Below are positions 22,913-34,549 of a stretch of DNA of 37,276 nt, one piece after another. Below the pieces are notes generated by a model. That model was not told the origin of the DNA. It worked only from the letters and a program-made list of their open reading frames with translations, and searched no databases. Made by a program: the position numbers and the translations under genes. The stretch spans positions 1-37,276 of the forward strand of contig NIVC01003932.1 in NCBI GenBank assembly GCA_002269645.1, written 5' to 3'. The number at the start of each line of letters is the position of its first letter. Positions within the stretch are counted from its first letter, which is position 1. This stretch comes from Macrostomum lignano (Eukaryota).

Positions 22913-24480
22913 TGGCAGTTATATTTCACTCTTATTGATGCTTATTTGTTTTTTTTAAAGTGAAACAACTTTAGTTGACTTAGAGCACTCTATGTGCTGG
23001 TTGACAGTGATTTAAATCTTTGGTTAAAGGGACAAAAATCTTTGAATTATTATGTTTAAAGCACTGGGATTAAATTATTTTTTTTGTTTGAATCACTGGG
23101 TAAACCAAGCCATTGTGGCATAAATAAGAGGTTAAAAAGTTATAATTCTCCTGCTTCAATAAACTAGAGTCACTAGACTAAAATAAAAGTCTGTAATATT
23201 GCAAAAACTATACCTTGCATAAAGCAATTTCTTTTATGACTACAAATAAAATAGAGATCATAAACAAATATCAATCTTAAAAAACTTTTTTCAACTCTTT
23301 AAACGGTACAATATGAGTATAATATCTAACATGAAGCAATATTATAAGAATAACAAAACAGAATATACTGCTTCTAGTTTCTCAAGTTGTAAGTTTCTGA
23401 GTTTGAGTGCCTGTATTGAGCACCCATCTGCATACATTGAGTTAATTGCTATTGGTCTGAGACCCTACTAAAGCCAACCCCAAGCCTACGAGAGGCTGAC
23501 ACAGCCTTCCTATCTGTCAACCAAGCCTGGCAGGCACTGCTGACAAGACGCCCTGTACATTGAGCTGCAAATTTGCACATTGTGCGGAGTTTGTTGACTT
23601 TGTTATTTTGTTCTGATGGGAAACTCACCTCATCAAAGGCCAAGACCTGAAGGAACTGGTGGCAGCACTACCTACACTACTGCGAGTTAAGAAGGCTTCC
23701 AAGTGAAAAGACACATAGCCTAAACCACTGTGCTAGACAGCAGGAGAAGCACAGGTATAACACTGGTGGCAGCAATGGGATTCAAAGACCTACCAGGCCA
23801 TTCTGAGACAACTGTAAGTATTTCATTAGCATTGATTGCATAAAATATGGCTAAGCCTATATTGCTAAGCTACATATATACTAGTACCTATAAATTTTAC
23901 AATCTAACATTAATGCTAAGTAGCTTTTTAGTTGTATTAGGCAATAATGTGATACAATAACGCACGCGAAGGTGTATTCAGCACGCCAGTGAAGGATGAG
24001 ACAGACTAGGCCCATGGGCTAAGGTCTGCGATGCTTCACGCCTGCCCCTATCTTCAGCAGGTCAAGGCTGGTGGGAGGTCTGCACCCTCTATTTGCCTCT
24101 GGCAGCCGCAGACCCCCCCCCCACGCTGTCTCGCAAGTCGACCCAGGGTACTCGTCCCCGCGTGTGTTCAAGGCAGTCCCTAGGGCTGCTGGACAGACTG
24201 GGCTCCGGCGCTGGCGACCCTATCCAGTGGCTTCGGCCGAATTTGGGTATGCGGGTCTGGCTCGCCAACCTGCAGGCCGTGGTACTGCTCAACGTACTCT
24301 CTAATGCCTAAGGTGTTGACCGTGCCGATGGGCTGGAAGGCCGGGGAGTAGTCCGGTCGCAAGCGGTCCCCCTCCTGGTGTCGGGCCAGCCTTGAGGGTG
24401 CTATTGGCCTACTGCCCGGTCAGGTGGAGCGGCCGGGTGGGTACCGCGCCCCTTTGAGGGTAGCCCACCAACCTTTTATC

Positions 24481-25985
24481 ATGGCCTTCGAGCCGTCTAT
24501 GGATAATCAAGCTAACTCTAGGGACGGGGACCCTTCTAAACCCCAACCTCAGTCCGAAGGACCGGCCGGCCCTGCTGGCAGATCCCAACCGACTGATTCA
24601 ACTGTGGCAAAGGAAGGACCGGCTGGCTCTGCTGGCAGATCCGACCAGAGCTACCAAACTCAAAATACCCAAAGACCTGCCAGCTCCGCTGGTGGATCTA
24701 AGGGAACCGCGAGCTCTGAGCCTAAAGGACCGGCCAAATCTGGCAGATCCGATGAAGCTCAGCGGGCTCGGCTTGAGCGCAAACGCGCTAAACAACGCGC
24801 CAAAAGGCAGGCCAAGAAGGGAGCTGCGGGGGCCAAAGCGGCGGCGTCCACCATGGATGCTGAAGCGACTGGAGTCCCAAGGCAACCAGGCGGGCCGGCC
24901 GGTGGAAGCTCCAGTAGTTCAGCGGTGGCGCTCCCTGGAGCTGCTGCCGCGGCTGCTGAGGCCGAAACCACGGCGCAACAAATGGCCACTGCCAACAAGG
25001 AGGTTCCTTCGGGAGCTACCTTTGCGGCGAAGGCCAAGGCCAAAATCACGGGAGTGATCATCCAAGGTCGCGACCAGGACTGGACCACTGATCAGCTTCA
25101 AAAAGTGTGGAGTGCTGTTGACTCCTATCTGATTGAGCTGACTGTCGAGGAGGGAATCTCCATCGGCATTGAGCGGATGGTGCTGCGAAGCACATTCGTT
25201 CTTATTGCTCCTAGCAGCGAGGAGGACGCTCGGCGGCTGCTCCAGCGGCTACCGACGGTCTCCTTGGATGCTGACCTTGGCGGAGCTCTTTTTCTTCGCG
25301 AGGGCCAGCGTCCAAAGACGATACCCTATGTGGTTTTCGTCCCTGCTAAGAGCACCGCAGCTGGACCAGACGTTATTCGCCGGGTCCTACTGCGTCTGAA
25401 CCCCGACCTCCCTGCTAGTGGACTGGTGTATCACCGTAAAGTCCGCAGGGGGAGACGGGCAACTCAATTGTCCTCGGCCTTTCCAGCACTTGGGCGAGTC
25501 GGTACCCTAATGGATCCTCTTTCCAGCTGGGTGCCCTCAAGCTCAAGATGCGCCGAGGAAAGTCTGCCAAAGGAAAGGCTACTGCCAACCCCGGCATCTC
25601 CGGCAAGAGCGGGGCGCAGTCTAAGGCCCAAGGAAAGGCGCAAGCTGATCCCAAAGCCAAAGCTGCATCTCGCCCCTCTGCTAGCAGCAGTTCGGCGACC
25701 GCGGTAACGGCTCCGGCCAAGCCCCGGGAACCAAACCTGCCAGTCGGAGAAGGAGTTGAGGACGAGGCCGGGTCTTCGGAATCCGAGCTCTCCTCGGCCA
25801 CCTTGGTGGGGTCTGAAGGTAAAGATGCAGGCGAGGAAGCTTCCTCCATCCTGTCATCGGAGCCTGAGGACTCTGCTGGGGGGGCCGGTGGGGGTGAGAA
25901 GGCCATGGACGTCGACCAACTCCCATCTCCCAGTCAAGCCCCAGCGGCCTGGGACGAGGACGATCTGTTGTCCAAGTCTCCTTGA
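24481..25985 (+). CDS. LINE ORF1 (about 500 aa once one frameshift in the G-run near 25448-25452 is corrected)
   Basis: ATG 24481 (MAFEPSMD). Low-complexity basic N-terminus and globular middle (GVIIQGRD..WTTDQLQKVW..). The frame continues as ETGNSIVLGLS..FQLGALKLKMRRGK after a -1 shift. No CCHC knuckle seen. Confidence 0.8.
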
Positions 25986-26024
25986 TGGCCCTGGGCTCTA
26001 GCCAGAAATTGCATTTAATACAGT

Positions 26025-29000
26025 ATGACTAAGCTCCACGCTGCCAAAGGAGCGACATTCTGTCTGCAAATTAATTTACAGCATTGCGTATCTGCGTCAG
26101 TAAATCTGATGAAGATTGCTGAGCTGTACAGGCCAGGCCTCATCCTGATCCAGGAACCCTGGATGCGCAACGGTAAGTTGCCCAACATTCCCTCTGGCTA
26201 CTCTGATTTTTATGTGTGTGGCCCGGGGAACAGCCGCCCTAGAGCGGCTATCCTCGCTGCTAGCCATCTCCAAGCTTGGCTGAGGACTGATCTCTCTGAT
26301 GGAGACCTTTGTGTCATCCAATCTAATCATTTCTCTCCGCGTACGTGTCTTGTTGCCTCGGTTTATATCCCAGGCGACAGAGACCCTGCTCCTGAGAGTT
26401 TACTGCGCCTCGCGCAGTACTGCGAGTCCCAGAACGCTGAGCTGTGCTTAGGGGGCGACCTCAACGCGCACCACAAGCACTGGGGCAGCAAAGATACCAA
26501 CACTAGAGGAGAGGAGCTTCTGGCCCTCATCTCTAACACAAACCTCATGCTCTGCAACCGCGGCAGCACTCCTACCTTTAATAATGGCAGATGGACCGAG
26601 GTCCTCGACGCCACACTCGTTACCCCAAGACTCTTTGACAGAGTTGAGGAGTGGAGAGTCTGGTCTGAGGAGCCCTCCCTGTCTGACCACTGCTTTATCG
26701 CCTTTAACATCGCGGACACTAAAACCCAGTCTCCGATCACTTGGAGACGCAATATCCGCAACACTGATTGGGCGGCCTACAAGGCTGCCCTTGATCTGCA
26801 CCTGCAGGAACTCACGGACTTACGTCCGATTGAGACCTGCGAGGATGTGGATCATATGGCTGAGATGCTGACAGGTTGCATTATTGAAGCCTACGAAGCG
26901 GCTTGTCCTGCTCGCGCCTACAAAGGCAAGACCTCGGCGCCGTGGTGGAACCCGGAGCTGGGGAAACTCAGGCGGAAGGCCAAAAGCCTTCATCGCCGTG
27001 CCATGAAGACGGAAACCCGGAGGACATGGAGCTTTTCCGGCAAGCCTCCCGCAATTTCAAATCTGAAGTGCGCAAGGCCAAGGAATGTAAGTGGCGCCAA
27101 TTCTGCAATGAATTGGATCAAGACAGACCTACTTCTAGGCTTGTCAAGGCCCTTACAATGGACAAAATGTCCAAATTAGCCATGATCAAAAAAGATGATG
27201 GCTCTCTTACTAAAGACCCTGAAGAAGTGCTTCAGCATATGCTTAGCACATTCTTCCCGAGGGTACCTACTGCTAGACCGGAGCCCAACCATTCGATGGA
27301 TGGAGCCACCCTAGCGGCGGGCATTGTCACTGAAGACCTAATCGCTCGTGCGGTCAGAACCTTCAAACCCTTCAAATCTCCTGGACCTGATGGTATCTAC
27401 CCTGTTCTCCTTCGTGAAGCAGCCAAGATACCCTCGTTCCTGAGACTCACCCGCAATCTCATGCGGGCCTCTATCCAGCTGGGATACGTTCCCAAATGCT
27501 GGACTGAAGCTCGGGTAGTCTTTATTCCCAAACCTGGGAAGGGTGACTACCAAAGCGTCAAGGCCTTCCGGCCTATTAGCTTAACGTCAGCAATGCTTAA
27601 GCTCACTGAGAGGCTTATTCTCTGGCGGCTGCTGTCCTGCGAGCTGACAGCGATGCCCCTCAGCAATAATCAGCACGCCTTCCGCACTGGGAGGTCGACT
27701 GACAGCACCCTGCATGCGATTGTCGAGAAGATTGAAAGGGTGGTACTGGGTGATGGTTACGCTCTGGCTCTCTTTCTTGACATTGTTGGCGCCTTCGACA
27801 ACGTTATCTTTGAAGCGTTTCAGAGGGCCCTTCAAAATCGCAAAGCTCATGCTACCCTCATACGGTGGATCATGTACATGATCTCCAACCATACGGTCAC
27901 TGCCCAACTTCTTGGGCAAACTGCCTCCACCAGAGTCTGTAAGGGTGGACCCCAAGGCGGAGTCCTCACCCCGACGCTCTGGAACCTGGTCATGGACGCT
28001 CTTTTGAGTGACTCCCGACCCGACCCCGTCTTCAAAGTCGGGTATGCTGATGACGTCACGGCCATTGTGGCAGGACCGTCTCCCAGCACGCTCAGGGATC
28101 TGATGCAGAGCTTTATCCGCAAAGCAGAATCCTGGGCCAATGACAATGGTCTGGAACTCTCTGAGCCCAAAACCGTTGCCATTATGTTTACCAGCAGACT
28201 ACGCTGGAACATATGTCCTCTGCAGCTCTACGGCAGAGATATTGCCTTCGCGCACCAGACCAGATGTCTTGGGGTCACACTTGACCACCGGCTCAACTGG
28301 TCCTTCCACGTGAAAGCAAAAGCCAAGCGTGCCTCAGCCATCCTGGCCCAGCTCCGACGAGCACTTGGCACTTCTTGGGGTCTATCCCCAAAGCGGCTTT
28401 GGTGGATCTATACTTCCGTAGTTAGACCTGCCATTACGTACGCCTCTGTTGTCTGGGTTAGCGCTACCCAGGTCAAAAGCCATGCAGACCTGCTCAACAC
28501 GATCCAAGGCAGAGCGTGTAGGCTCATCTGCAACGCCACCAGGTCCACGCCCTTTGCTGGCATGGGGGCCTTCCTTAATCTTCCACCTCTTGACCTCTTC
28601 ATCAGGGGTGAGGCGGCTAGAACGACGCGGCGTCTAATTGATGCCGGCGTCAAATTCATTTACATGAGAGCACCTGCTAAGCGGAACCTTGTCCCGCATA
28701 GCGATCTGTGCCTCAACTTTCTCAACGAGTGTCAGGCCAATCGTGTCTTCACCGATGGCATTGCCTCAACGCTCAACCTGAGACAGCGCTACTCCGTAGC
28801 TATCGACTCGCGCGATAACATCAATGACCATTGGAACCCTGGTGAGCTTCATTGCTACACCGACGGTTCTAAGCAGTCAGCCAACACTGGCTTTGGTGTT
28901 GGAATCTTTCTGAACGGGAGGGTCATCGCTACCCACGCTCAATACACTGGGGTCAACTCCAGTGTTTTCCAAAATGAAGTTCTGGCCATCAGCTCCTGCA

Positions 29001-29766
29001 CTGCAGAGCTTCTCGCCACTGGCGTTACTGGTAAGAACATCATTTTCCATTCGGACAGCCAAGCTGCCTTGCACGCCATCAGTGGCTGCAGCACCAACTC
29101 TGCTGCAGCAACTTTGACTGTATCAAACTCCTCAATGTGTTGGGTTCCGCCAACAAAATTACCCTTAAGTGGGTTCCGGGGCATGTGGGGATCCGAGGAA
29201 ATGAGTTGGCTGACACCCTTGCAAAAGTTGGTGCCTCCGGCTCCTCTCTCGGCCCCGAACCTCTTGTCCCGATTCCTGGCTGTGTCATCGACTCACGCAT
29301 CAAAGCGTGGATCAGGACTCAGCACCGCTTGACTTGGGCGAACCGCACGAACTGCAGGCAATCCAGAGGCGCTGTCCCTCAGCCCTCTCACCAGCTCCGG
29401 AAGCTCCTCTTGCGCCTTTCGCGCAGAGACATCCGGGCTGCTACCATGACCCTCTCTGGTCACGGCTGCTTCTCCAGGCACCAGTACCTGCAGGGCAACG
29501 CCACCAACGCCACCTGTAGTTTCTGCAACTCAGGTGACGAAACTGCTGAGCATTTTGTCAGCATCTGTCCCGCCTTCACGCCGGCCAGACTCACTTACCT
29601 CGGGCCACACACATCTATTACTGAAGCGTGCAAACCCGAAAACTTTAATCAGCTCATGCGCTACCTTCGGGCCACCTGCAGGGCTGAACTCTCCTTTCCA
29701 GAGAGCACCATAGCTGCTGGCGACACTGGGGGACCTCCCTGGGCGGCGCCAACCCTCCGTCCATAG
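26025..29766 (+). CDS. LINE ORF2: APE endonuclease, reverse transcriptase, RNase H, C-terminal Cys/His motif (about 1250 aa; two -1 frameshifts near 27010 and 29115)
   Basis: APE: QINLQH, LIQEPW, GDLNAHH..WGS, LDATL, SDH. RT: SPGPDGI, FRPISL, FLDIVGAFD, PQGGVL, YADD (28043-28054), LGVTLD. RNase H: YTDGSK, FQNEVLAI, HSDSQAAL, WVPGHVGIRGNELADTLAK. C-terminal CSFC..ETAEHF..C. Confidence 0.93.
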
Positions 29767-30568
29767 CGACGCGTCGGCCGTTCAGGGACTAGCGGAATGG
29801 GCACCCGCGCCTTCCCGCTGTGTCCCCTCCGGGACAGCCCTGCAGCTAAGTCAAGTAAGTCAAGATACAATAACATTTTTATAATAAAATTTTGTGAGAT
29901 AAGTGAACTTTTTACTAACTTTAATAAAGAAGTTAGATATTAAGGCCTATAGTTAATTATAATTATACAATATAAAGACAATACAATAGATTTTGTCTAT
30001 AAAAATCTTGTGGCTTTGGCTTTATATGGCTATCAAAACAAGAGTTTAGACAAGATCTCAATCTCAATTTCAATCTTGATTATCAAAATCTTGGCACTTT
30101 TCTCAATCTTGATCTTGGCTTTAAGATCTTGAAAAAAAGTCAAGATTTTTTGTGACTATAGTTATTACAATATTATCATATATATATATGATATATATAT
30201 ACATAAAGTTACTACTAAAACTAACAAGCTCTTTATTATGAGGGATATCTAGAAAGTAGTGTTAGGCCTACTTTTCCTTATAATAGACATTTGGTAAGTT
30301 GCATTGACACAAGTTTAATGTCATTTGAAAGTAGCAAGTCTCTTCTTTAAAAATGACTTAAACTGTGATCAATTTGGATTTATATTTTAAAATATGTGTC
30401 CTTAAGAAGAGATTAGTCATAGACTTATATAACCTAGACAAAAGTCTTCTATATAGACAATCTAGCTTTATGTCCTCAATAAGCCATCAAGGAAGCCAAC
30501 GGGCACTCAGCTTGACATGAATTATCTTTTATAGACACTTGTAAACTGTAGACCTCAATATGATTAGG

Positions 30569-30725
30569 TGCAACCTAGGGATTCACCCGGCCATTTCTAT
30601 TGGCAACACACCCATGTAAGTCACTATTCGACAGAATAGTAGGCTAGTCATGTGACTGCTCTCAGCCAATAGTGACTTACATTTGTGTTGCCAATAGAAA
30701 CAGCCAGGTGAATCCAAAGGTTGCA
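30569..30725. mobile_element. Small foldback element (MITE-like, 157 bp, about 60-bp arms)
   Basis: Left arm TGCAACCTAGGGATTCACCCGGCCATTTCTATTGGCAACACA..ATGTAAGTCACTATT pairs with right arm AATAGTGACTTACAT..TGTGTTGCCAATAGAAACAGCCAGGTGAATCCAAAGGTTGCA. Confidence 0.8.
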
Positions 30726-30841
30726 TGTGTATGGACCCCAAGAAATTTAGTATATTGGCTATTTTGCAGATGTTTTAATGGTAGCCTTTATTGATCAAGT
30801 CAAGAATTTGAACTATTAGGCTGTTGCTATCATGGATCTCA

Positions 30842-31648
30842 CCATAGTGCGCCACCATAGTGTGGAAGGACAGGGTATACGCCAGAAATCTCCGTCGTAC
30901 ACAGGGATCGCCTGTCGTACATGTCGTACATCACTAATTTTTGGGGGGCGCTATGTCGTACACTGTCGTACATGTAAACATGTTACATGTCTGTCTGTCG
31001 TACACTTGTCAATGTCATACGACTCATACATGAAGTATAGACATAGTTAGTATTCCTTTGATAGACAATCGGACACTAGTACCAGATACTTGTAGTCTCG
31101 TAACTAACTCATAATGTCGTTGTTAACGTGATGCGTTGAAGCAAAGAAGTAAAAATTCAATAGTTGCACTTTTCCACTCAAAGGGTAATTTAAATTATCA
31201 GTATTATATTCGTACAAACTCTTAAATTCAATTTTATTGGTGCAAAACTATACTTGACATTGCAAGCAGAAAAGTACAATATATCTGTTGTTTTACTTAA
31301 TATCAAGAATATCAAGAATTTCCCGCACCTACCCACATATTCAAAAAGTTAACTTTTTATTTATTGCCAATTTCATGTAAGTGCCACTATTTTTGTCGTA
31401 CAGCACTTCCTTAAACTCTAACTCTGTCATACAACACTAGTACCATTTTCCAATCCCTGTCGTACTGTCGTACAACAGGCTGAAATGAAAATTTACCTTC
31501 CGTCGTATACAGAAATCCTTCCGCACTACCATGTACGACAGTGTAAGACATAGCGCCCCCCAAAAACCAGCGATGTACGACATGTACGACAGGCGATCCC
31601 TGTGTACGACGGAGATTTCTAGCATATACCCATCCTTCCGCACTATGG
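30842..31648. mobile_element. Non-autonomous TIR DNA transposon, 807 bp, about 118-bp TIRs, 8-bp TSD (hAT/P-like TSD length)
   Basis: TSD GGATCTCA at 30834-30841 and 31649-31656. Termini CCATAGTGCG...CGCACTATGG. Many GTCGTACA subterminal motifs; no transposase ORF. Confidence 0.88.
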
Positions 31649-32207
31649 GGATCTCATGGTATCTTGCCATCTTACTCTTGGCATATTGCTCATAGTAGTT
31701 CTTTTACTTCTACCCCTTAACTTATTTACTTATTTGTTTATGTTCATTGTGCTAATGGAATGGTTGTCAGATTGTCATGAGCAGTGTAGAGTTGCCTGTG
31801 AATATCAACTGCTTTGCATATAGAGCTCTTAAGTATAAAGATGGTATGTCTTTCCTAGTCTTTGAATGCATTGAAATCTTCAATTTCAATTTCAATTTTG
31901 GAAAGTAGCGAATTTCAATTTCGATTTTGATTTTGACAGAAAATTTGCTTTTGGAACATCTCTACATATCATGCCACATATTTGCGGCATACATGGCATA
32001 TGTTGAATGTATGCCAACTGTTGCAAGGCAGACCAAATGTATGCCAAATGTATGCCGAATATCTTTGGCTTTGCCAATGCATGCTGGAATTTTTGACAAA
32101 AAAGGCCACCTTCCTGACTATGGCAGACACCCTTCATATATAATAATTGTTTTTCCTTCTATTATCATCATCCTACACATTTAACAAATAATAATATTAG
32201 GCAGTAA

Positions 32208-33471
32208 GGACTTCAAGTTTATGTTGATAAAATACTTCCGATTTTCCAATTTTTCTGAAACTTGTGGTAGACACTTATGGGGCAACCAAAATTACAAAAA
32301 CGCAACAAAAAGTGTAGAAAATTACCTGTATGGTTGATAGGATGATAATTTACTCAATTCCTATTCTCTTAATGATGATCGGGGACAAAAAGTTTCTAGG
32401 AATACATATTCAAAAGTGAATTCACTAGACTTTTAAACCAGTAGCACATGTGCTAGAAGTTCATTAGGCCAATGAAAGATGAATGTTAATTTCTACAAAT
32501 TTATACGCAATTGTCTGTGATGTTTCCCAATAAAAGTTTTTCAATTTAGTTTTAATGCATGTACAGTTTGCCATGTCACTGTTCATTTTTTAAAAACTGC
32601 CACGTCATGACCCGCTTGATTTTTTGCACTTGCACACTTTCACTTGCACCTAGCCAAAGCTAGGCCTACCTTCTAACATTCGCACTTCATACCTTTGCAC
32701 CTGTCAACTCCCAGCTAGTAACCGTACAAGACTATAAGTTATCTATATACTAAGCTATTTATTGAACCCCGGTGTCTGTTTGTCCAATTTGTCAATTGAG
32801 GATCAACATAGAAGATGCATTTAATGAAGGTGAGTGTTTCATTCAAGTCTTTTTCATATATGCTATTTGTTGTAATACGGCGGAATTCATCAACACATTC
32901 TTGAGTAGGTTTCCATGTCTCTTTTAAAGTTTATGTTGATAAAATAAATCCCCATGAAGAATCTACCCACCCTAAAACCCCCATTCTCCAAGCCCCGGTG
33001 GTTGGCTTTAAGCTAAGACCCCCCCCCCCTATTAGGATTGGAATAAATCAACACAGTCTTGAATAGGTCTCCATGCCTCTATTCAAGTTTATATTGATAA
33101 AATCAATCCCCATGTCCATGAAGAATCTCCCCACCCTATAACCCCCCATTCCCCATGCCCCGGTGGTTGGTTTTAAGCTACGACCCCCCCCCTATTAGGA
33201 TGGGAATAAATCAACATAATCTTGAATAGGTCTCTATGCCTCTATTCAAGTTTATGTTGATAAAATCAATCCCCATGAAGAATCTTCCCACCCTAAAACC
33301 CCCTATTCCCCATGCCCCGGAGGTTGGTTTTAAGCTACATATAATTGGGTTAAAGCTACCAAAAAATGGATCTCAAATTTGAAATCAGCACCATCAAAAA
33401 CCCTTACAGAGACAAAATTATGATCCTATCAAAATTGCAACTATTTTATCAACATAAACTTGAAGAAGTCC
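32208..33471. mobile_element. Non-autonomous TIR element with GG...CC ends and near-perfect 8-bp TSD (Merlin-like), 1264 bp
   Basis: Left TIR GGACTTCAAGTTTATGTTGATAAAATA; right TIR (reverse complement) GGACTTCTTCAAGTTTATGTTGATAAAATA. Flanks GGCAGTAA (32200-32207) and GGCAGTAG (33472-33479), 7/8 identical. Confidence 0.75.
32889..33338. repeat. About 160-bp tandem repeat, about 2.8 copies, inside the Merlin-like element
   Basis: CAACAC/CAACAT anchors at 32891, 33049 and 33212. Each unit holds AAGTTTAT(G/A)TTGATAAAAT and CCCATGAAGAATCT..CCACCCTA..ACCCC. Confidence 0.9.
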
Positions 33472-34549
33472 GGCAGTAGCACTGACACTGATAGATACAA
33501 TAGTGTAAATAGGCCTAATTAGGCCTAGGCCTATTTAATTAATAGATGCTAATTAGGCCTAATCTCGAATCTCTAGGCCTATTATCTCGAAAGCATAGGC
33601 CTAGTAGATCTCTAGACTCTAAGTCTCGAAAATATCGAAAATGTGATATCGTCCGACCCCTAATTAAAACCAGACCGGAAAGAGAGAGCTCAAGATGGTT
33701 GAAATTGAAATGAATAAACAAAAACATTAAAGGCTGATCTGGGCGTTAAACGTAGTCGTAGGCCTAACTAAACAAAACAATCATGGCTCGTATCATATGG
33801 CCATAGATTGTGGATGAAACTAGACTTAAGGATAAAAGTATACAATAGGCCTACCTCCACTCTGGAGTATTCTTTACAGCGAAAGAAACATTTACTTGAA
33901 TTAAAGCAAATCGGCTATTTTAGCCGATACAAAATAACGTATAGCAAAAAAAATTTACGTTTTTATTTGAATTTTGTTGCCGATGGCTTTTTAAAAAACT
34001 CCAGTGTACTGTTTTAGTTACGTTACCTTTGTTCATTCTTTTAATAATGATATTATCATTTTGTTTGTATCATTTCAGGCACTTAGCTTGTAAAAAATAT
34101 TTGCTGACAGCTAAAGAAAAGGCATCTCAAAATTTGTTTTAATGTCCTTTTTAAACTACACAACACTCCGGAAAAATATACTCCATAAGCACGACTGTAT
34201 CAATTATCATCATGCATGCAACGCAGTCTTCGCTATTGTACGAACATGCATGTAAACTAGCCGTTATTGTTTAATATTAGTTAGGTTCCGTCTCATAGCT
34301 TAATGCATATATACTCATTTAATATGCTGTCATTTTTCCAGCCTAGATACATCTAGCTAGGAGCTTACATTTCTCCAGTATATTTACCAGTTTATAGATA
34401 TCGATGGAGCAAACAATTATCGAAACTAAAGGGTGATTTTCTAGAATCACTATCAATAGAAAATAGCCCATCTCGAGGCACATGTTTAGGAGTCATATTT
34501 CTTGGTATGTAAATGTATACATGTTATATGAGTTCTCAATTTTCTCTGC

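Larger units (their letters stand above)
23962..29863 (+). mobile_element. Full-length non-LTR retrotransposon (LINE), LOA/R1 group with RNase H, about 5.9 kb
   Basis: 11-bp TSD GATACAATAAC at 23951-23961 and 29864-29874. About 520-bp 5' UTR, two ORFs, a short 3' UTR and a TAAGTCAAG TAAGTCAAG tail. Clade assigned from APE-RT-RNase H architecture and RT motifs (PLS..QHAFR.GRST; GPQGGVLTPTLW) recalled from LOA/Lian elements; no tree was built. Confidence 0.93.

Noticed and set aside
24071-29876. Many short overlapping and antisense ORFs across the LINE
   Set aside because: By-products of GC-rich coding sequence; the plus-strand ORF1/ORF2 path explains the region.
33505-33620. Cluster of AGGCCT-centred palindromes
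   Set aside because: Low-complexity and short, with no ends, TSD or second copy that I could define.
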